A stretch of DNA of 59,009 bases, filler included, from Catajapyx aquilonaris (taxonomy: Eukaryota), in the NCBI GenBank assembly GCA_000934665.2. It is 2 parts of 2 records of this genome, joined end to end, with 100 filler letters (N's around TTAATTAATTAA, not from the genome) between each part and the next. Parts side by side here need not be neighbours in the genome. Positions count along the whole stretch, not along the records: positions 29,536 to 59,009 come from JYFJ02004794.1; 1 more part is not named here. One strand, given 5' to 3'. Positions 51,680 to 59,009 of the stretch are shown here, in pieces. The notes below the pieces were generated by a model, which saw only the letters and a program-made list of their open reading frames with translations, had not been told where the DNA came from and searched no databases. Made by a program: the position numbers and the translations under genes. Within the stretch, counting starts at the first letter, position 1, and each line of letters starts with the position of its first letter.

Positions 51680-51912
51680 CCTGCCGAGGAGTTTTGCAGT
51701 GGGTGCTCACCTGAGAGCGCCATGAGACATTTCCCGGAGCTATCATGTGGGCCCAACATGGCCGCCGGCGCCCATGTTGGGTCCTTCAATGTAGCGCTTC
51801 CCTTTTGTACCTATAAAGTTCAGCCTAGTCCGGTAGGGTCGCCACATGATAGCTCCGGGAAATGTCTCATGGCGCTCTCAGGTGAGCACCTGCTGCAAAA
51901 CCCCTCGGCAGG
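51680..51912. repeat. Inverted repeat, about 70-bp arms, with a nested small hairpin
   Basis: cctgccgagg...gtgctcacctgagagcgccatgagacatttcccggagctatcatgtgg pairs with 51842-51912; inner stem cccaacatgg/ccatgttggg at about 51752-51781. Confidence 0.9.
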
Positions 51913-54158
51913 GGGTGGGTGGGAGTGACCTAACCTGAGTCTTCTATAAACATGGTCCAGACATACGGTACACCCTGTTCTGACGCCGCGGGAGGGGGTA
52001 TGTTTAGCTCACTCTGCGAGGCGGAAAAACTGATTAGCATATGCCATGGTAGTTGAGCCCCCTTCCACTAGGTGATAGGAGCAGTTTGAGCCTCAAACTT
52101 GGCCATTGCTGTCTAAACTCTAGCGCGCCCAGTTCAAAAACCAACAGGACATCATATGATGTTCGTATCAAAGGGTTAATCCGAATGAAAGAATGTGAAA
52201 CCACATCGTTGATGGAGTAGTACAAAATGGAATATTGTGAAACTTTTTTTTTTTGCAAGTAACACATTTATGCGTTAATTAGGCAGGGGCAACATTCGTA
52301 AGTTTCTAACTTTGGCGATTAAGGAGCAGAGGGTGTTGAGGAATTTTGCACGCGTGACGATCGTAACGAGCGTACACATGCGGGCAAAATATAGTGTTTC
52401 ATAAGGGCAGAATATGCGGGTGCATATTGCGAGAATGGGGGAGTAGGATGCGCACGAAACAAATGGTTTTATCATGGAAACGGATAGCGGAGCCGCTCGG
52501 GAGAGGTCAGGCCTTCCCTGCCCTCAATTTTATTCGCCGGTTATGAAAACCCTCCTCCGGCTGCGTAATTAAAACCAGGAATGATTTTTGCAATTGAAGG
52601 AAAAGTGAGAGAGTGCAGGTCCGAGAGCACCGCCTCTTTTAACTTGTTAAAAAACCTTTTTTTCTCTTATATGACGCATCGATCCCGAGTTTTAATCCTG
52701 GGATTCTCAGCTTGTTTAGGCTTGGATGCTTCTGCTATCGGCCACTCCCCGCCCCGTCCCTCCCACTCTTCCACCCACCGAAAGTTTTGAAGGAAACGAG
52801 AAACAAGTTTGGCTGGGAGCTAGTCGAGGTGAAAAAGGACGCTTTTAAAGGCCTAGGCCCGGTTTTTAAAGCGGGATCATCCGCTACTTTTTAGGTCTTG
52901 ATCTTGCACTGCATTGCGGCACACTTAACTGTTTGGTCGGGAATTATTTCCAAGCCTAGATCTCTTCACACGTCGCGTAGGTGACGCACCATCGGATTCA
53001 ATCACAATATAACATATATTTGTGTAGTTTTTCCGGTGCTGTCTGTACTAGATGAATAAAACGGTGCTGGAAGATAAAATAATGTAAGGACTACAGTATG
53101 TGCAAATAATTATTATTTTTTGTTCAGAGTATGGTTTGTGACCCAGATTAGCAGGGTGAAGAACAGCTTAATTAGGTTAGTTTTGTGAGCAGTTATTTAT
53201 AGAAGATGTATCCACGTAATTGATGAATATGCAATACAAGGCGGCATATTGCCTAAGTTGACATTTCCGGCAATTGGGTGGTGTAAAAGGTGATGAAAGA
53301 TGAGGTGATTATGAGTGAGTTGTCCATCGCATTTAGGCAGTTTACAATTTTGGTGTGGGATCGGCCAAAGATGATTGCAGGTACTGTGCTTTCGTTCTGC
53401 TACATATCATAATCATGCTTTATCTTATCCTGCGAAGGTTAACCCATATATTCCCAAGGTTGATCTACTTACGTTATTTTAATAATATTTTAAGTCATGC
53501 ATTAGAAGGCGGAAACTAAGATAGAAAAAAATAGTTCAGCGTAATACAGTATTTTAATTTCAACAGAAGTTACAGGGCGTCCTGCAGGGTGTTTGTTGAC
53601 TAGTTCAGCCAACGACCGTCAGCGTATTCCTTGAGCCAAAACAAGTCGAAAATGTAGGCGGGAGAAATGTCGAAAGGGCAACCGTTAAAGTGACTTTGAC
53701 CAGAAACATTGGTCAATGGTTGCCGAGGGAGCAGGATATGAGCCTGAAAATCGCAACTGTTAGGATTTGCAAGGTCACCTCTTTCACAGAAGTGATTATC
53801 ATATTCGATCCCCAATGGGTCGAATATAGCAGTAGTTATAGAATGGGGCACATGGTTAAGGGCACAACAAGCTACAAAATAACTGCTGTCGTGCGATATC
53901 AGTTATATGAAAACGACCCACGAATTTGGAACACCCTGTATATAGGACGCTGGGAATAGGTGGGTTAATTTCTCCCTATTTAGGCCAAAGGAACGATACA
54001 ATGCAAAAAGGGCCCAATTGTGAGCATTAAAAGTATTTAAATAAAATATAAATTATATGGATATTTCAATGAAAGTGCTGTCATGCATTCATGTTGCATG
54101 TATCTGTCATTATACGCTCATAGCACAATTGCCTACCATGATCGGAAATAGAAATATA

Positions 54159-54582
54159 CAGGGTGTATCTGAACTCAGTGCCCCGACGTATATGACTGCC
54201 TTCCTAGCCACCAGAGGATCGATTTAAGTATAGGAGTCATATGTCTGGGCAGCCTCATTACGGAGATAATTGGCCGCAAACATGTAGTACAAAATATCCT
54301 GTCGGTTAGGCCACCCATCGAACCCTCCCTCAGTCAGAAGGCTCTGGAAGGTCTGGGGGCCGAACTTTGTTGGTTTGTTGCCCACAGGTGGTAAGGCCTC
54401 TTTGGCTAGTTACACCAGAAAATTCTATTTAAAAGTCAGAAGGAGCGATTAGGCAAAAATCGCTAAAGAGTGTATCTCAGTAATGAGGCTGCCCAGACAT
54501 ATGACTCCTATACTTAAATCGACCCTCTGGTGGCTAGGACGGCAGTCATATACGTCGGGGCACTGAGTTCAGATACACCCTG
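54159..54582. mobile_element. 424-bp Tc1/mariner-type MITE, copy 2
   Basis: TA TSDs; same termini, length and nearly the same spacer as 33317-33740. Confidence 0.95.
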
Positions 54583-54862
54583 TATATGCTTCCTGAACAT
54601 TTTCTATTTTCACAATTATTACATTGTGGTCTTCAACTGTATCCAAATAATATTTTGCAGCGTTGGTTATGGAAGGCATGAATGAGTTATTAGCCCAGCT
54701 AACTGTGTAGTTAGTAACGACATGTTAATTTACACATAGGCTAATTGTAATTTGAACCATTGGTAGGCTTAAATATGCATTGTGTATAACTAAATACATG
54801 TGCATATATATCCATGCATGCGACCATGGATTCAGATACGTTGACATAACCAACATTTCAAA

Positions 54863-54863
<1 letters not shown>

Positions 54864-54954
<91 letters not shown>

Positions 54955-54968
54955 GTAATAGTAATAAT
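54864..54968. repeat. Compound microsatellite (AGT)n(AAT)n
   Basis: About 20 AGT units followed by AAT units. Confidence 0.95.
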
Positions 54969-56105
54969 GGGGTACAGTGATCAACCGGTATCCTCTTATG
55001 CACTTACGGTACAGTATTTTTAAATATTAGTTTGTGTTCGTTATGGCGCAGTGACAATGGATTTGGTATAGTGGAAGGAAACGGGAGAATATATCCTTGA
55101 AATACCCAAAAGGTTCAGTGAAAACGCTTTCCGTCTGAAAAGATATTTCAAGAGGTACTGTACATTACCTACTAATGGTACTAAACAAGAAGTAAATCCG
55201 ATCGGGAAGAGCATTATTTTGAATTGCTTTTTAATACTTTCAAGTGCTTTTGGAACACTCTCGTTCACTTTTTATTTTCGCCCTTGTGGGGGGAAAAATA
55301 CCGGATTCCATGAAGCGGTCACTTGAGTCTTGGGGGATGGTAAGGGTAACATTATTTCCATGGACCAGAGAAGAGGCCGTATTTCTGGCTTACGGCCGGT
55401 TTTAAGCTCGTGGAAGAGTGCTGGAGTCCTGCGCGCCATTTATGTACTGGATGGGGGGGAGGGTACTCTAATCGCTAGCTTGAATAAGTGTCGTAAATGC
55501 TCCGGGATGGACTTTACGTCAGAGTGATTAAAAGGACGCCTTATGATTTGTTGCCTGGGTGGGGGGGGGGGGGGAAGAAGGAGTTTCATACTCATCGGGC
55601 AGATTATAGCACACTTAAACAGCTGGGGAACAACAATTAAGCTGGGGAGAGATCTGGGTAATTTTAATGTGCATAAAAAGTTGTTTTGCACCTGTATGCA
55701 GCTTATTTACAGGTATTGTTTCAATATCACTCACTGCGCCTAAGAGAATGAAACAATAACTCCGTATGTTATCTTCTCGATATCAAAATAATAAAAACGA
55801 AAGCAGGTCAGTTTCGGAGCTGCACTGTATTCACAAATAATTACATGCAAACCTGCTCAGTAATGGAGGACCGCAAGGCATTCTACAGTGCACGGCAACA
55901 TCTACTGGTCTTGCAACGCAAGGTTATGGAAATGAAAATTCCAAACGGAAGCATGGTATATTTTTAATTGAAATTGATAGCGTTGTCAAAGGGATTATAC
56001 GCATGCCCCATTAGTACTCTATACCTTTCAAGATTGGCATAATGTGGTGAATAATTTAAGGTATGGAACGCAGTTTTCCGTTACCCATCCTTGACATATA
56101 TTGTA

Positions 56106-56868
56106 CAGGGTGGGCGAAAAGTCCCAGGACACCTGGCTTTTTTTTGCCTGCAAAACAAATCTGTGCATGGAAAATGTGTCGGAGATGCTGGTGTAACATC
56201 TTCTGGACACTGACGGAACTGTTTGATGAGGGGAGACATCTGAGGACCCCCAACAACACCCACAATAAATTAACAGTGTTAACAGTGCAACATGGCGGAT
56301 ACGAGCGGGTTCACTGTGGAGGAGAGACTTGTGGCTACTGTGTGGGTCCACGAGAGGCCTCATACGGGAAAGAACCTAACGCACATCATGCAGGATATCA
56401 GGGCTCGTTTTGGTAAGGCGCCACCGAGAAGAAGTAACTTGTTCAAGTGGGAGAAAAAAGCATTTAGCATGTGAAATGTGAAAGACGGGAAGCGTGAAAG
56501 ACACTTCCCTTGCTAAATGCTTTTTTCTCCCACTTAAACAAGTTACTTCTCAGTGGCGCCTTACCAAAACGAGCCCTGATATCCTGCATGATGTCCGTTA
56601 GGTTCTTTCCCGTATGAGGCCTCTCGTGGACCCACACAGTAGCCATAAGTCTCTCCTCCACAGTGAACCCGCTCGTATCCGCCATCTTGCACTGTTAACA
56701 TTGTTAATTTATTGTGGGTGTTGTTGGGGGTCGTCAGATGTCTCCCCTCATCAAACAGTTCCGTCAGTGTCCAGAAGATGTTACACCAGCATCTCCGACA
56801 CATTTTCCATGCACAGATTTGTTTTGCAGGCAAAAAACCAGGTGTCCTGGGACTTTTCGCCCACCCTG
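56106..56868. mobile_element. 763-bp foldback element made of two inverted 5' ends of a Tc1/mariner-superfamily (maT-like, DUF4817-type HTH) transposon
   Basis: TA|CAGGGTGGGCGAAAAGTCCCAGGACACC at both ends; about 365-bp arms and a loop at about 56470-56510. Each arm encodes MADTSGFTVEERL..VWVHER...RFGKAP..RSNLFKWEKKAFS (ORFs 56292-56474 + and 56464-56685 -); the minus-strand copy continues KGSV. Confidence 0.9.
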
Positions 56869-56928
56869 TAATTGGACCGTAAGCGTTGGTCTCCTTCCTA
56901 ACATCAATTTTTGCAGACTAGGCCTCTA

Positions 56929-57356
56929 CAGGGTTCGGAAATTTAACCTACCGTCGCTTTGGGAAATGATAGATGGGTTCTAGGCGATCACTTTGAGTAT
57001 ATGCAACATGGGTCTCCGGCGCATATTTACCGAGATAATGTGCTTCACACACAAGGTATAAAATATGCTGGTACGCATGCGTCCCTCCACGCGACCTTAC
57101 CTTTTTATTTAAATTTAAGTACCATGTAATTTAATTTTAATTTACGATGCTGTTAGGTGTAGCAGGGAATGGCCTAGGGGATGGAAGTGTCGTAAGCAGT
57201 ATCCGAAACCCATAAGATGGGATAATGCACTTTTTATTTAATGTTAATTATCTCGGTCACTATGCGTCGGAGACCATGTTGCATATACTCGAAGTGATCG
57301 CCTAGAACCCCTCTATTATTTTCCAAAGCGACGGTAGATTAAATTTCCGAACCCTG
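56929..57356. mobile_element. Tc1/mariner-type MITE, about 110-bp TIRs
   Basis: TA|CAGGGTTCGGAAATTTAACCTACCGTCGCTTTGG...CCAAAGCGACGGTAGATTAAATTTCCGAACCCTG|CA; internal GAGATAAT...GGTATAAAATATGCTG as in the 33317 and 34199 elements. Confidence 0.9.
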
Positions 57357-57370
57357 CATACTTTTTGGGA

Positions 57371-57617
57371 GGAGGAGTGGCGCTGCGTTAACGTACTCGC
57401 CCAAAAATGGAAGGGTCCCGGGTTCGATCCCAAGCGCGGGCTTTTCCCCCTTTCATCTCGCAGGGAGTTAGGTTGTCCATGGCTTCGTCTAGGATAGATC
57501 CGCGTTAGACTAACCACTCATGGGAACTCATAAAACGACCAAGCAACGACATTGCACTTGCACCTCCCCTCCTAGCCACCCGCCCCCTGCGGACTCGGGC
57601 ATTTCCTCGAAAATGGT
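57371..57617 (+). mobile_element. tRNA-derived SINE, diverged copy
   Basis: A-box-like GTGGCGCTGCGTT and B box GGTTCGATCCC at 57421; body (ttcatctcg, ggcttcgtct, agactaaccac, ttgcac, cgggc.tttc) homologous to 30012-30357. Confidence 0.78.
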
Positions 57618-58504
57618 GAGGCACAATTTCTATTTGGGGCATATTGTGCTGCCAGGTCAATTTGCATGCACAAAAGGGATTTTGCGCAGGACAACAGCGA
57701 ATCTTTTAGATACCAAAGTGGTTAAGTCCATTTTGAAGCTCCTCAAGAGCGCGATGGAAAATCTTTAAAATTGACTACTCTGAGCACAAATACTTTTTCT
57801 CCCCAACCAAACCTAACTTTGTCAGGTGAAGAGGAGCTCCGTTTGGCATGATCTGGGTCGTTTTGGCAAAACGTTTGAAATCCTGCTATTTCTAACAAAA
57901 TATACAAACAACCCGTCATGACATTTCCCCATAAAAAGGGTATAGCAACCGTTGAACCAAGTGAGGCAGTTTAAAAGGTAATGGTCAGGTACATTTATCA
58001 TCTTTTTTTATTTGTAAAGTAAATATAAACATTAGACTGAAGTGCTTTGGCCTCGGAGAGTTTCAAAAATGGTAATTTAAGAACGTTATGGTCAGTAATT
58101 ATTCATGCAAAATGGTACACGGGGCGATTCCATAAGCTTTCGCAAGACCAAAATCCCCGACTTCGTCTTTGAACTATGGGTGGTGTCTCTGTCATTGCAG
58201 CGTACGGAGTAGATTAAATTTTGGCGAAATCAAGCGAGAATAATTAGGAGTAGATCCTGCGGTTACATGACTCGAGTACATGCACTTCATGCCAGTTCAT
58301 CTGTACGGCAGATACTATCTGTTCTACAGCTTGTTTCAGAACTGACAAGGGAAGTGTCTGTAGGGCCATCGGCCAATCGGCCCGAAAATGACACTAGGGG
58401 TAAATCGCAGGCCAGAAATTCATTGGTGAAAGTAAAAAGTCGCATTAGCCAAGCGTTTTCGAGATATGGGCGACTATAGGTGCCCGGAAAACACGAATAA
58501 GTTA

Positions 58505-59009
58505 CGAGGAGTGATCAAAAAGTAAGGTCTCCAAGGCTGTAACCTTTATTCTGTATGAACACAAATGACGAAACTTACAGGGTACATGAGGACAATGGAC
58601 ATCTACTTTTCTACATAGTTTCCACACCGAAGAACGCACTTATCCCATCGCCAGACCAGTTTCTCAGTCCCTTCCCAATAGAAAGGGGTGCCCTGTTGAC
58701 AGCACCAGTCACGCAGCCTTCTTCACCTCATCGTCGCTTCGGAAATGCTGACCTGCCATGTCTGCTTTCAGGGCTCTGAATAGGTGATAGTCTGTGAGGG
58801 CTAGGTCGGGACTATAGGGTGTGTGAGGAAGAACTTCCCAGTCGTATCCATTCAGCAAAGCCATGGTGCCCCTCGATGTGTCCGGACGGGCGTTGTCGTG
58901 GAGAAGGATGAGCCCAGCAGTGAGCAATCCTGGTCGTTTCCACCTGATGGCCTTCTGCAACTTCGCCAGGGTCACTGCGCTCCGAATTGATAGTCGCAAC
59001 TTCCAGGAT
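58505..59009 (-). mobile_element. Mariner (D34D) element, 3' end, transposase pseudogene; runs off the window
   Basis: TA|CGAGGAGTGATCAAAAAGTAAGG TIR; minus-strand LLHDNARP...WEVLPHTPYSPDLALTDYHLF with 34 residues between the two Asp; a frameshift near 58712 separates the tail RDWC...RWDKCV...GNYVEK* (stop 58603-58605). Confidence 0.93.

Noticed and set aside
53585..53938. MITE bounded by CAGGGTGTT...AACACCCTG
   Set aside because: The ends match for only about 9 bp and the left end lacks TA; probably fragments of different elements.
54725..55003. Poly-Leu, poly-Ser/Asn and poly-Ile ORFs (also 46983-47330, 6599-6886)
   Set aside because: Translations of microsatellites.

Overview
Eukaryotic, almost certainly arthropod, genomic DNA. 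The only host protein-coding sequence I can support is three internal + strand exons (5975-6111, 15623-15814, 19976-20071) of an acatalytic carbonic anhydrase-related protein (CA10/CA11 family, closest to insect CARPB). Its earlier and later exons are not in the window, so the rest is probably intron, provided the artificial 100-bp scaffold join at 29436-29535 is correct. The non-coding space is dense with DNA-transposon relics: TA-flanked CAGGG-/CGAGG-ended Tc1/mariner-type MITEs, a D34D mariner pseudogene, a maT/DD37D-like remnant, a degraded Sola1 transposase and a possible Tigger remnant. It also holds two copies of a tRNA-derived SINE, Helitron-like ends, a decayed C2H2 zinc-finger fragment, microsatellites and many long inverted repeats. 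Most interesting: (i) a 763-bp near-perfect foldback made of two 5' ends of a transposase gene (56106-56868), a candidate hairpin silencer or nascent MITE; (ii) two copies of a 424-bp MITE whose diagnostic changes are mirrored in both TIR arms; (iii) a CARP exon whose spliced junction regenerates the upstream donor AGG|GTGAGT, plus a second AG|GT site with a 56-nt cryptic exon at 39421. Family assignments come from motif recognition by eye; no searches were run. I found no clearly new multi-gene system.
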